Positions 1 to 12,000 of a stretch of DNA of 36,882 bases are shown piece by piece. Position 1 is the stretch's first letter, and the number at the start of each line of letters is the position of its first letter. Below the pieces are notes generated by a model. It worked only from the letters and a program-made list of their open reading frames with translations. It searched no databases and was not told where the DNA came from. The position numbers and the translations under genes were made by a program. Source of the stretch: Ministeria vibrans ATCC 50519 (taxonomy: Eukaryota; Protista; Filasterea); the NCBI GenBank assembly GCA_943704425.1, contig CALSCP010001894.1:1-36882 (forward strand), written 5' to 3'.

Positions 1-1247
1 TCAATTGTGTGAAAGAAATTGGCAACATTCGAGACAAGCGAAGGATCAGGATGCGCTGTTAAATATTTGTGTCAGACGCCAACATCATTGACGACACAGT
101 CACAAACACGCTTCGACGGCTGTCTGACACTCCGTGGCGGAGTGTGTCCGTGCTCAAACGCAAGCAACGTGGTCAAGAGATATGAGTTCGATATGAGTGT
201 GTTGACACTCTTATCGGTCTACTCCGTACAGCGCCTGTTGCACCTTCCTGGTTTGTTTGAAGACTGTGCGCAGGACGATAACATACGTGACGCTATTCCC
301 ATTCTAGTGGCTGCTGTGTGGAATCTTCGAATTTTCACTGAGAGAATGGCATGCAGTTCTTCTCCAGCTCACTCACCGACTCACTCTACGCGCTTATGCG
401 TCTGCGGTACGGAGAGCACCGGTGTCGTCGCGTCAATCTCACCAACTGCATGCTCACTCGAACCGAGTCGCACCCTCACGAGACAGTGGTTGTGCGACGC
501 GGCGGCGGAGAGATCGAGTTCTTCGTGCTGCTTTATGTAGCGATGGAGCTACCTACTCTCGAGGTGGTCCACCGCATTCGTCACAGACACGAGCGCTACT
601 GCGACCTGCGCACACGCTGGCGATCTTTTTACTCTTTTGGCGTCGAGCATGCGACCAAGACCATCGTTGGCCTGTGCGACAAGAGCTCGGTCCTCGATTT
701 TATGTTTCGTGTTCTGCGCAAGATTGATCGACAAATCCTTACTTCATCCTTACTCCAGCCTTTATATAAAAATTCCCTCTCTTCTCTCGTTTCTCGCTCC
801 CACTCTCTCGTGTCTCTCGTGATTAAAGCGTCCAGGGTGTCGAGCCTCTACTGGCGGAAATACGCCATAGACAACCGAGTACTCGTGTTGAAGCACCCTG
901 TTGAAGACGTTTGCTGCCCACCAGATTTGACCGGAAAGGCCACGCCTGGGTCTTGCCGAGTGCTTACGCGCGCTACGGCTCGCCCGGATTAGCGTGCGGT
1001 GAACGATGTCCTGCACGTCGCGATTGGGGCGCGATCTTGTATGTCCGGTAGAGTATACGGAGAGTATACTCACAGAGAAGTTCCAGAGAAGTCGCTCCCC
1101 TCTATGACTTCCGCCCTATACTGCTCCCTTGAGCTTGAAGTGAATGAAGTTCCTCGCCTCATACTCCCGATGCCCAATACGTGAGCAACATCGGACGCGA
1201 AGATGGAGACAAATTCATCTACGCTGTAGTTTATTGTTCAAGTACAG

Positions 1248-1917
1248 CTAATAGCACAAGTACACAACCCGAGCGTACTGCAGTTGGGATGTACCGTACG
1301 AGTTTCCAGGTCCGTAGAGAATTGCCGGCCCACTGATAAGGTTGTTTGTAAAACCCGCCGGAATTACTTCGCCAACGGAAACCGCGTAGGCCCAGCCTGC
1401 GCCTGACCCCATTTCTGCACCCTTACCGAGCACAAACCCGGCGAGTAGCGCGTCGCACTGGCCTGCGGGCAAATCGCCGCCGCATTCCAGCGCGCTGAAT
1501 TGCCAAGCGCGGGCCATTGCAAAGTTGTTATACGTGCCCGAGCGAGCTGTGGGCGTGAGCCCNNNNNNNNNNNNNNNNNNNNNNNNNNNNNNNNNNNNNN
1601 NNNNNNNNNNNNNNNNNNCGATGTGGGCGTGATTTGGCATACGAAACGGATGAACTGAGGTGCTGCAGGCGACAGTGCCGCGAGGACGTCAACGTTGTTG
1701 ATGAGCACCGTTCCGTTCTCAATGGACGACAACTTCAAATTGCCGTCGACGTTCTCAATGACCGCCTCCGACGCACCGACACCGCACAAGAGCCAATCTG
1801 ACCCCATGAGACTGACGAGAACGACGAGAAGCGCAGTTGTCTAGGATGTTCCTTGGTTAGGCAATTTTTCGAAAAAATTTCTCAGCATCTCGGGGTCGCA
1901 AATACTTTAGAGTTCAT
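1248..1917 (-). CDS. Small secreted protein of unknown function (2 exons: 1917-1906, 1840-1248; interrupted by N-gap 1563-1618)
   Basis: ATG AAC TCT AAA|gtattt...ctaac...cctag|ACA gives MNSK-TTALLVVLVSLMGSDWLLCGVGA (signal-peptide-like), then IENVDGNLKLSSIENGTVLINNVDVL. After the gap a Cys-containing domain ends in ...YARVVYLCY* at 1248. Confidence 0.65.
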
Positions 1918-2016
1918 ATTCGTCAAGTAGTCGAGACCTGAGGGATATTCAGCTACGGCAATCGGCTTGACAAGGGAGAGAGCTCCCGATTAAGGACTTA
2001 GTCTGGAAAATTTAGT

Positions 2017-2069
2017 AGAAGAAGAAGAAGAAGAAGAAGAATACAACCCATTTATTCATTACAGTCACC
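2017..2069 (-). mobile_element. Short dispersed element copy 1: AATAAATGGGTTGTA(TTC)n, putative retroposon 3' end
   Basis: (GAA)n-TACAACCCATTTATT on the + strand, followed by CATTACAGTCACC, which is shared with copy 2. Confidence 0.55.
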
Positions 2070-2135
2070 AGGATCTACAACAAAAGCACAAGTGCAATCG
2101 CTATCCAGTGAGGTAATCGCAATGGTACGCCATAC

Positions 2136-2216
2136 GAAGAAGAAGAAAGAAGAAGAAGAAGAAGAAGAAGAAGAATTTCAGAAGAATACAACCCATTTAT
2201 TTATGATACAGTCACC
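2136..2216 (-). mobile_element. Short dispersed element copy 2
   Basis: Long (GAA)n tract, then GAAGAATACAACCCATTTATT-TATGATACAGTCACC. Confidence 0.55.
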
Positions 2217-3537
2217 GAACAGTCACCACGCGAAGACACAGCCAGACCGCCTTGCAAACTCAACCGAAACTCTAGAGGTAACATGGGAGAACAGTGGCAG
2301 GTCAGCATTGCATGTGTCGGTCCACTGCGCACAGCTGGGTTGGTGTTTCCTCTGAGAACGACACGCGTTTGTCTGAGCTTCGTCTGAGCCCACAGGCGCT
2401 GCGCCAGAGCCCCGTTGCCACACACACTCGTATTGCTCGTCATGAAAGGCGACACGATCTACGAGTGACTACGACCTTACAGACCGGGCGATACGTTCTT
2501 ATGGCGATGCCTCGAGTACCCAACAGAACAGAGGCTCCGGGGAGGCTCCGGGCAGAGGTCCGGCAGAGGCTCCTCTTGTCCCCTGCGTGAAAAGCGACAT
2601 GCTCTGTATTGCTCTCCCATTGTACCGACCGGGCGACACAACCGCCCGCCTTGCGTGCGGTGGGAGCGACGCCCGGCAACGGGACGAGGTCGATTTGTTT
2701 TTCGTCATATTGGCTCCGTCCAAGAAAAAGAGCGTACTTACTAATGGAGTTCTAATGGAGACTAACTAAGTAACGGTTGTTTAGTCTATTTTTCTTTTTT
2801 CGGCGTAAGAAGGCCTCACTGCATTCCCCACTCGCGTGGGACGGTACAGAGAGTCCAGAGAGTCCTCATACTGTGCAAGACCCTCCGAGAGACTGTGTCT
2901 CTTCGATAGAGGTTGGCGATTCTGTCACGGCATCCACCACCATTCATGGCGACTACAACGAAGCTACTCTCGTCGCAGAGAATGCCCCTACAGACACATC
3001 GTCGTCCCGTTCCCCTCGCACGACCCCGAACGGTTCTGGTCGCGAGCTTAAAGTGTACAGGAACCCGAAACAGGCGGAAACACGAAAGAACAGACAACTG
3101 ACAGTCGTGCCAAAGAGATTCTCTCTTGATCGCGAATGAGCTTGATTACGCCCTCTGTAGCTTGTGACGTAGTGCTGCGGGCACCTTGCCAGAATGGCTA
3201 CTTCTTTAGAGCAGCGCATTTCTGACCCCAAGTAAAAACGAGACTTTGACAGACCAAGTCGAGACTAAGAGACCAACCTCAGGGCCACAGGCTAGTCTTC
3301 AGTCTGCACTAACAGACTAACGCCCTTCCGCGACGCAACTATACTTATCCACAGCCTTACCGGGCTTTCTCAGAACCCACATTCCTATTTCCGAATTGCT
3401 TCTTTTGCTTGCTTGCTCCATGCTCATTGACAATAATAATTAATGGTGAGTATCAATAATCAATTATATAAATGATGATCCGATGTCGGTCATTCCGCGC
3501 AAGCTTGCGTGAATCCCAACAGTGTGAAAATGTTGTT

Positions 3538-3584
3538 GGGATTCTGGTAAATCAATCTGGCAGGGGATTCTGGTAAATCAATCT
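3538..3584. repeat. Direct repeat GGGATTCTGGTAAATCAATCT x2 (period 26)
   Basis: Identical 21-mers at 3538-3558 and 3564-3584. Confidence 0.85.
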
Positions 3585-3612
3585 AATAATTATTATCATT
3601 ATCAATATGGTA

Positions 3613-4657
3613 CTACAATTCAAGCAAAAGAAGGGCTCGCGCAATCTGAGAGCGCAAATCAAGCAATTCGGCGACAGGATCGTTGCCGTTTACTGCAACG
3701 GGCAAGTCGTCTCTGGCTTTGCTGACGAGGATTACACTGGCATTGACGCGTGTCGTTAGCAGTCGTACTCCCGCTATTCTCACTGACACACATAACAAAA
3801 AGTTAGTCGCACTCTGAACGAACCATCACGTGATACCTTCATGGGCATGTTCCTCCGTCGCCCTCAGTACGTTTGCGTCTCGCACAATCGACATTGCTCG
3901 CAATGCGTATCCTTCTGTCACATACAAAACCTCGAAACTGGTGTCATGTATCGCTTCGTCATCTCCCAATTAATACCTCTTCTTTTTCAATGTTGACCAA
4001 GCAGCACCACTCAATGTGCGCACGCTGCTCTACATAAACTATCAACAAAATGTCAGAGCATCACAAAGAATACTATCATTAGTGTCTCGTTGTCTCTCGT
4101 TGTCTCTTACATCTTCGTGCGAGCGAAGCAACTCCTCGCTCAAAAGCGCGTCGACACGAATTATCAAAAGAAAGAAACTGCTCACGACGAATGACAAAGG
4201 GCATCTGCTCTTGTGGCATCATGGAAGAATAACGCTCGCAGAACACAGACAACACTTCTTCTGCTACACACACAACCCAATAATGGCATCAGCGTCACCG
4301 CAGGTTGCCATGCTCGCAGCAAGGCTCGATGGGGCGCAATGCATACCCACTGCACGCGCAACGCACTCGTCCAGCGATGCGCTGTGGTGAAGCGCTCCAA
4401 GAATCAAACTGCCGTTCACTCGCTGATGTGCCAGTGATATGGTGGCTGAAAAAGGACATTTTCAGGTCCTTCTTCCGCCTATAACTCTTGTGCTTACACT
4501 TTCCCATGGCGACAGTCAAAGGCAGCGATCCTAGGGAAGTGTCGCATGACGCTATGAGCGCAGAGAGAACTTTGGGCAGAGTGGTGAAGTTGTCACCGAC
4601 GAACGTCCTTTCATACAGCGTGTTCGCCTGCGACTCGATGATCACACCCAGTGGCAT
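3613..4657 (-). CDS. Multi-exon longin-fold-like protein (FUZ/MON1/HPS1 first-longin-like); 3' exon structure uncertain
   Basis: Spliced: MPLGVIIESQANTLYERTF...LPKVLSALIASCDTSLGSLPLTVAMGKS-TISLAHQRVNGSLILGALHHSASLDECVARAVA-EEVLSVFCERY...FLSFDNSCRRAFERGVASLARRF-YVEQRAHIEWCCLV. Canonical GT-AG introns. The beta-beta-alpha-beta-beta-beta-alpha-alpha pattern is typical of longin domains (inference). Confidence 0.55.
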
Positions 4658-4968
4658 CAACCTGAGACAATACTTGTCAGAGGAATGCAATGAGTAGTAA
4701 ATATTCTAGAAGAAGAAGAAGAGGAAGAAATAATCAAGATTATTTAGTAAGGAAAAATAATAATAATAATAATAATAAAGAATAATCTGAATCATCCAAA
4801 AGACCAAAACGTTAAAAAAATCAAACAATCGTTACTTCAACGAGATAAAAAAAAATTAAGATAATATATAATTTTATACAATCATATTATTATAATTATT
4901 TATAATAAGTATTCTTGGTGACGGCAATCACTGCATCATTAATAAAAATATTTAATGTGTTGTATGCA

Positions 4969-5020
4969 CTAAAACATAATAATAAATGGGTTGTATTCTT
5001 CTTCTTCTAAAACATAATAA
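4969..5020 (+). mobile_element. Short dispersed element copy 3 with 14-bp target-site duplication
   Basis: CTAAAACATAATAA (4969-4982) + TAAATGGGTTGTATTCTTCTTCTT (4983-5006) + CTAAAACATAATAA (5007-5020). Confidence 0.65.
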
Positions 5021-5306
5021 AATTATAGTAACAATAATAAATAATAATAATAATAATAATTAGTACTATTGGTAGGCAACAGACCTAGTAGCTAGCTACG
5101 TGTGCTCTGATTGTTCTCCTCCTCTCCATTTACATTATCCTGCCACCCGGTAATAAATCGATATTAAGAGTCGCCCACTCTGCATCAGAATTGCAGACAG
5201 GCCGAGAGAACGCGATGCATTGGCAAGTCGCACTTTCAACTCAAATTGATATCATTTTCAAAAGTTCTCACTCGTGTCTTCTATACAACAATGATACAAA
5301 AAAGAT

Positions 5307-6572
5307 TCAGACACGATCTCGACGACGCAGGCCATTGGACTCGTTTGTGGTGGGAGTCGAAGGGTCGGGACAGGCAGCCCGTTTGAATGGAATGGCAACG
5401 GAAATGGCATGGGGCCACACAGCAAACCGACGAATGGCCGAGCGCACTTGCGAGAGAACAACCGAACCTACACGCTCAATGCTCACTTGATGCTTGCCAT
5501 GGCCTTCATCGTCGTCGTCGTCGTCGTGACGGCGTTGGTGGCTGAAGTTATCGTGGTCGTGATCCCCGTCGCCTGTTCCCCCGCCACTCCCAGTGCTGTG
5601 CAGGGATGGCCTTCGCTCGTTGTCGCTCTCGTTCCGCCCAATCAACGTTCGCACGTTCAGCTTCACAACGGGCTCGCGTGAGAAACCAATCTCTGCGCGA
5701 TCACCAGAGACGTGAATACGCATCTACGGAAAAAGATTGCAAACAAACATACAGAGTGAGCATTCTCAAGCGAGAATAGTACTGATCATCATCCTTGTTC
5801 ATACGCGGCCACTGACAAGCGTCAATGAAATGCGCATGTCGACGGGAAGCATGGCAGTGGCTGGGACGGGCCAGTTCAGCATGAGGTCGGCCGACACGTC
5901 GATTGATGCACAGCCACTGTAATCGACATCAAAATAGATATCCTACGCAAATTTGGTGTCCACTCGCCCTGATCAGTAATCGACTCGCCCATCTTTCTTT
6001 GCGCTCTCACCATTTCTGCGGCATCTTCCGAGGTACTGCGCTCGACCAGAATGTTTCGTATGCTTGGTAGACTTTCACCAATGTCCAACTCGGTGACTTC
6101 AATAGACGACACAAAGGAGGGTCGCTTGGGACCGTTCAGGGTGTCTAGTAGAGTTTCCAATAGTCTTCTATGGATCTGTCCAAGAGAACGGTGTTCCAAT
6201 AGAACGTTGTTACACACAAGACACACACACCTGACACGGTACAGAGGGACACAAACAAGCGTTTCAAACCTCGTCATTTTGTTGCACCTCTACAAAGAGG
6301 CACGCTAGAGTGACATTGAGCCATTCGGCAGTCTCCTCGCGTGTGGAGAGTGCGCCGATGCCTGGCCCTGGGTACGCCGTGGACTGTGCGACAAACCCCG
6401 TCAGAACACGTCCTTGTCAAGCACCCAAACTTACGTGGCGCTTCTTCACGACCTCCGTATTGACTCGTGCCTCCTGGCGTGGGGGTCCGCGGCGCAACAG
6501 AAGCACAGAGATGAACCATGCGATGAGTGCGAAAGTGACAAATGCGCCTGACAGAAACCCAATGAGAAACAT
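5307..6572 (-). CDS. MMM1: Mmm1-like SMP-domain ER membrane protein (ERMES subunit); exons 6572-6435, 6383-6270, 6175-6011, 5942-5805, 5723-5307
   Basis: N-terminal TM FLIGFLSGAFVTFALIAWFISVLLL. SMP motifs EETAEWLNVTLA, LLDTLNGPKRPSFVSSIEVTELDIGESLP, LMLNWPVPATAMLPV, LNVRTLIG and RFAVWP resemble fungal Mmm1 (ESLDWFN, RPSFIDEIKVTELSLGEDFP, LLLNYPK..AVLPV, VRSLLG). No PDZ/C1 extension as in PDZD8. Confidence 0.75.
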
Positions 6573-6932
6573 GCTATCAATGCGATCCAGTTGACGCGCC
6601 CTTGCTTTCGACAAGTAACCCCAAACACTTAAAACAGAGCTTCTGCCCAGACAACAAAGAAGGCAAGAACTAAGTCTTAAGAAGAAAAAAATAAATAAAA
6701 AAATAATTATAATAATTATTATTGAAATAGTGTATAATCTAATTAATCAGTCATACAATTAACGTGCAATTAACAATGCTAAGCTAACCCCAAGAAGAAT
6801 GAAAGATATAAAGATTAAAGGAAAGACGAATTTAGACGATAGACGTCGAAGACTTCAATAGTTCAATATTACTTTTATAAAATAATACAAACGTCATGTC
6901 AATTTTCTGGATGGAAATGTCTTATTGTTCAT

Positions 6933-6961
6933 AATAAATGGGTTGTATTCTTCTTCTTCTT
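6933..6961 (+). mobile_element. Short dispersed element copy 4
   Basis: AATAAATGGGTTGTATTCTTCTTCTTCTT, just downstream of the SMC6 stop. Confidence 0.55.
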
Positions 6962-6982
6962 AATAATAATGTATTTTTATCT

Positions 6983-8792
6983 TCAATCACGATCCTGCAG
7001 CTTCTTAAGCTCGAAAACTTTGATCAGCTCGGGCTCCGTTTCGCCATCCTCTACATTACGCTCACTACACACAAAGAAACAACCAATCGTGTTAATAATT
7101 CGCGTCGCCTTTGTCTCTTCTAACCCCAGCGGTGAAATCAGAATCACTTGATGTCGAAATGCCTTTGCATAGTTGATGAGCACGTTCAGGCTAATGCGAC
7201 GATTGATCATGTCCTAACGGGCAGCAGAGGTGTCAGTTTTACACCGGTACTTTTGCTCATCACCCTACCATAAACACATCAAACTCGTCGAGAATGCGAA
7301 AGGGTGACTCCATGGCACGCCACAGCGCCACCACAAAACAAACAGTAGAGTAGGAGCGTTCGCCACCACTTAACGACCGCAAGTCTTCTCGGTGTGTCTT
7401 CTCACTCGCATTGGGATTCAACTTCAACTCAAGCGTCTGCAAACCAATCGTGTTAATCATGCACGTCCACACTCATTTCTTACCTTGTTCCTGTGGTCCA
7501 TTACAATCTTCCCGCTGAATTGCCGCTACAAACCCAATATGAGAAAAGAGAGTTTCTTTTTTTTCAACATCTTGTTTCCTCCTCCCATACCTGGTCCAAC
7601 ATTGCTGAAAAGACCCCCCTGACTTGCGAACTTTTCATTTGACGAATAGAACGCACAGAGGCCAGTCGTTTCATCAGCACGGCCTCCAGTTTCTAATTAT
7701 GCATGTCAAATCTCACTGAAATACACGAGAAGACTCTCAATTTACCTTCATGTCATTTTCCACATGCGCAATCGTGGACACGATCGATTCAAGCTTCTCT
7801 CGCTCTTGCAGATAGTTCCGCTTGATCAGCTCACAATCCTCGTGTCTATCACACACACGTACACACAAAAACAAACATACCATGTCACATCAAAAGTCCT
7901 AGTGCACTCCCAGCTCGTACCCTTTCTGTTCCTTTCGAATGCGCTTTCGAAGCTTCAGTATCTCAGACTCAATCGACGTGACACTCTGCCTCGTCTCCAC
8001 TCGCGTGCCCTCTTCGTCCATAGAGCCCTCTTCTGCCTCGGTCAGTCGCACCTTCAAAAACAATTATCACCCCTTAAATAGTCACTGAAAAGTCATGTCT
8101 CACACCTTCAGTTCGCCTCGCAACTCAGTCATCTCGCGGGTTGTTGCGGCCGCATTTCCACTGTACTGATTCATCTTAGCCCTCACTTTGGTGAGCTCAT
8201 CATTTAATCGTTTCACCTAATCACAACATTTTTAAAATCAGATCACAATGTCGAAAAGAGCGCTTCCTTACGTCTGCCTCGAGTTCCATTTGCTTCTCAG
8301 TGAGTGTAGACAGTTTCTCCACTAAAATCTTCGCTTGTTGTTTTCCCTCCGTCTTGGCTCCGTGTGCCCTCTCGTACGCCAACTGCGTCTCGTGCACTCG
8401 CCCTTTTTGCTCCCTCTCCTCCTCTTCCAACCTACCCGAAAAAAGAAGAAAAGAAAAAAGACAAAAATTATCAGTACTCAAAAAGCACGTTAAGAACGAC
8501 TTACGCGGCGATCCTATTGACAGTGTTCTCGAGCTCCGCCACCAATCCGCTCACGTCCGCCTCGCCTCCACCATCGTCCTCCAACTGCAACTCCCGAATC
8601 TCTTTCATAAGCTTCTCGTGTTTGCGCTGCTCCACTTGAATCGTACGCGACGCCTATTCACAATAATATTCGTTTCTCTCAGTCGCAGATCTTTCTTTCC
8701 TCCCCTATTTCCTTCCGTACCTCTTTCATGGCCCTGTCCTTCGCCATCAACACCTTTTCATTTGCTCTTTCCTCTTCCGCCGCAGCATGTTC
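6983..8792 (-). CDS. SMC6: SMC6, C-terminal part (descending coiled coil and C-terminal ATPase lobe), multi-exon
   Basis: ABC signature and Walker B: [46 protein letters not shown]...HQVILISP. Coiled-coil exons from 8792 (EHAAAEEERANEK...) downward. Confidence 0.92.
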
Positions 8793-8809
8793 CTAAACCA
8801 TTCATAATA

Positions 8810-8873
8810 ATATTATTATTATTATTAAAAATTCAATAATAATAATAATAATAATAATAATAATTATTACGTC

Positions 8874-8965
<92 letters not shown>

Positions 8966-8973
8966 GGTATTAT
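8810..8973. repeat. (AAT)n/(TAT)n microsatellite abutting assembly gap 8974-8983
   Basis: Direct observation. Confidence 0.95.
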
Positions 8974-9035
8974 NNNNNNNNNNACTGAATTACTAACTTC
9001 TTACTAACGTTCTTCACATGGTATTACATCACTAG

Positions 9036-12000
9036 TGCGCTTCGAATCCTTGTGTGAATGGAGGAACGTGCAGTGAGTCCACAGTAGGCACATTTACATG
9101 TGCATGTGAGAGTGGCTTCACAGGTCCAGTGTGTGCCCAGGAGACCAACGAGTGTGCCTCATTCCCATGTGCCAATGGGGGGACGTGCGTCGATAATATC
9201 GGCTCCTTTTCGTGTCTGTGTCGCAATGGTTTTACCAGTCAACTGTGTGAGTTGGACATCAACGAGGTGACGATAAGACATTGAATATATATTAATAATA
9301 ATAATAAGAAGAAGAAGAAGAATACAACCCATTTATTAAAATAATAATATTTTTAGTGCGCTTCTTCTCCGTGCGAGAATGGAGCGACTTGTTCCGAAGT
9401 GGACCCATTCTCTGAGTCGCATTCTTCTCTCTACACCTGCGACTGTGCCATTGGATTTACTGGAATGCACTGTGAGACAGACACGGACGAGTGTCAGCCG
9501 GAGCCGTGTCGCAATGGTGGTGTGTGCTCTCAAGGGGGACAACCGGGTACCTTTGTGTGTGCGTGTCTGTCAGGCTGGACCGGTCTCATATGCAATGACA
9601 ATGTGGACGAGTGCCAGTCGAGCCCCTGTCAGTCGGGAGCAACGTGTGTCGACGGTGCGAACGCGTTTACTTGTGACTGCTCCGCAGGGTTCATGGGTGA
9701 CCTTTGTTCAATTGACATCAATGAATGCGCATCGAGCCCCTGCGCCAATGCAGGCGAGTGCACCGATGGCGTTGCGGGCTTCACTTGCGCGTGTCCATCG
9801 GGTTTTACTGGAGCTCTTTGTTCTATCAATATTAATGAGTGTGCGTCAACACCCTGTGCCAATGGTGCCACGTGCCACGATGACATTGCGAGCTTCAGCT
9901 GTGTGTGTGTCGTCGGCTTCACTGGCGCGCTGTGCGACGAAAACATTAACGAATGTTTGTCTAGCCCCTGTGCCAACGAGGGCACGTGCACGGACGGCAT
10001 GAATACATTCACTTGTGTCTGTGCCCCTGGCTTTACTGGTGATCTCTGTTCTATTGGCATTGATGAATGTTCATCAAGTCCCTGCGTGAACGGAGGCACA
10101 TGCTCCGACGCAATCGCTGGATTTTCTTGCTCGTGTGTGCCGGGATTCACTGGAGCATTTTGTTCCATCAATATTAATGAGTGTGCGTCGACACCCTGTG
10201 TCAATGGCGCCACCTGTTACGACGGCATTTCAACCTTCAGTTGCATGTGTGTTGCCGGTTACACTGGTGCACTGTGCGAAGAGAATATCAACGAGTGCGC
10301 TTCATCCCCGTGCGCCAATGAAGGCACGTGTACAGAGGGAGTGAACGTGTACTCCTGCGTGTGCGCTTCCGGTTTCACAGGTAGCCTCTGCACCGACAAC
10401 ATTGACGAGTGTGCCTCAAATCCGTGTGCCAATGGCGCGACGTGTCACGACGGCGCTGCCACTTTTACCTGTACCTGTCCCAGTGGCTACTTTGGCAGCG
10501 TGTGTGACGCGGACGTCGATGAGTGTGCCTCAAGTCCATGTCGGACGGGCGCCACCTGTAACAATGACGCCAATGGGTACACGTGCGAGTGTGAGCCAGG
10601 CTTTACAGGGTCTCGCTGCAATGTCGACCTCGACGAGTGTGCTTCGTTTCCCTGCCTCAACGGTGGTACTTGCGCCGACAACATCGACGATTTTTCGTGC
10701 ATTTGTCTGCCAGGGTACACCGGTCCGATATGTGCGACGGACATTGACGAGTGCGCTTCAACACCCTGTGCCAATGGCGCGACCTGTCGAGACGGCATTG
10801 CCTCGTTTGCCTGCGACTGTGCCGCTGGCTATTTTGGCACTCTCTGCTTGGGTAACACTGACGAGTGTGCGTCGTCTCCCTGTGTGAATGGTGCAGTGTG
10901 TGCCGACGGTGCCGGTAGTTACATATGTACATGTGCAGTGGGTTTCACGGGAGTTCACTGTGACAGCCCCATAAACGAGTGTGCTTCCGCTCCCTGCGCC
11001 AATGGCGCCAGCTGTCACGACGCCTCAAACTCATTTACGTGCGACTGCGCCGCGGGATTTACAGGTGTTCGTTGTACCCAAGACATTGACGAGTGTATCT
11101 CGCAGCCGTGCTCCAATGGCGCAACCTGCTCCGATCTCCTCAATGGGTTCACCTGCGTCTGTCCAGCAGGCTTCACCGACACACAGTGTGCCACGGAAGT
11201 GAATGAGTGCGATTCGTCTCCCTGTGACAATGGTGCCACGTGCACGGACCAAATATCCAGCACCGACTACTCGTGTCACTGCAACGCTGGATTCACTGGA
11301 GCCCATTGCTCCGAAATTATCGATGAAGTAAAAAAAAAAAAACAATCGTTTTTCCCCTTTTTATATTACTCACTCACTTGTATCTTTCTGTAGTGCTCTT
11401 CAAGTCCCTGTCAAAACGGCGGTGTCTGTGCGCCCGTAAAAGAAAACACATTCACATGTGTGTGTACAGCGGGATTCACAGGGGATGCGTGCGCGGACGA
11501 CGTTGATGAGTGTGCATCGTCACCGTGTGCCAACGGAGGGCTGTGCGTGTCGTCGGGGCTGGCGGGTGCTGCGCCCGTGTGCCAGTGTAGCAATGGATGG
11601 AGTGGTGTCAACTGTGAGAAGGATGTGGCTGAGCCTCAGAGCACGGTACGGAGCTTTGACCATTCAACCGACGCGAATCGGCGCATGTTCAATGTGACCC
11701 TGACTGTCGAGTGGAATGAGTGTGTGACAGGACCCTCGACACCTCTGGCAGTTCCCGCGGGTGTGGTCATCACATTTAGTGAGCAAAAAAGTTCAGGCTG
11801 CCTCCAAGGCACCACTTTGTGGACGTACAGTGTGCGTGCGAGCGACTGCAATGTCAACACGCTGACCATTCCTGCAGGGAGTGTGACGGATCTAAGCGGC
11901 AACGCAAATTCGGATGAGGTACTTGTGGGCTGGTCGCACTCCTGTGCCGTTCTCAGTGGAGTGGGTGCTGGTTCGGGCAGTGGAACAGGCAGCAACGCGA

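Noticed and set aside
19-1184. Overlapping + strand ORFs (173, 213, 61 aa)
   Set aside because: No recognisable motifs or consistent splice model; cannot support a gene or transposon call.
9379-11345. Many long alternative-frame and antisense ORFs over the EGF gene (likewise over ATAD5, amidase and MGAT4)
   Set aside because: Shadow ORFs caused by repetitive, GC-rich coding sequence.
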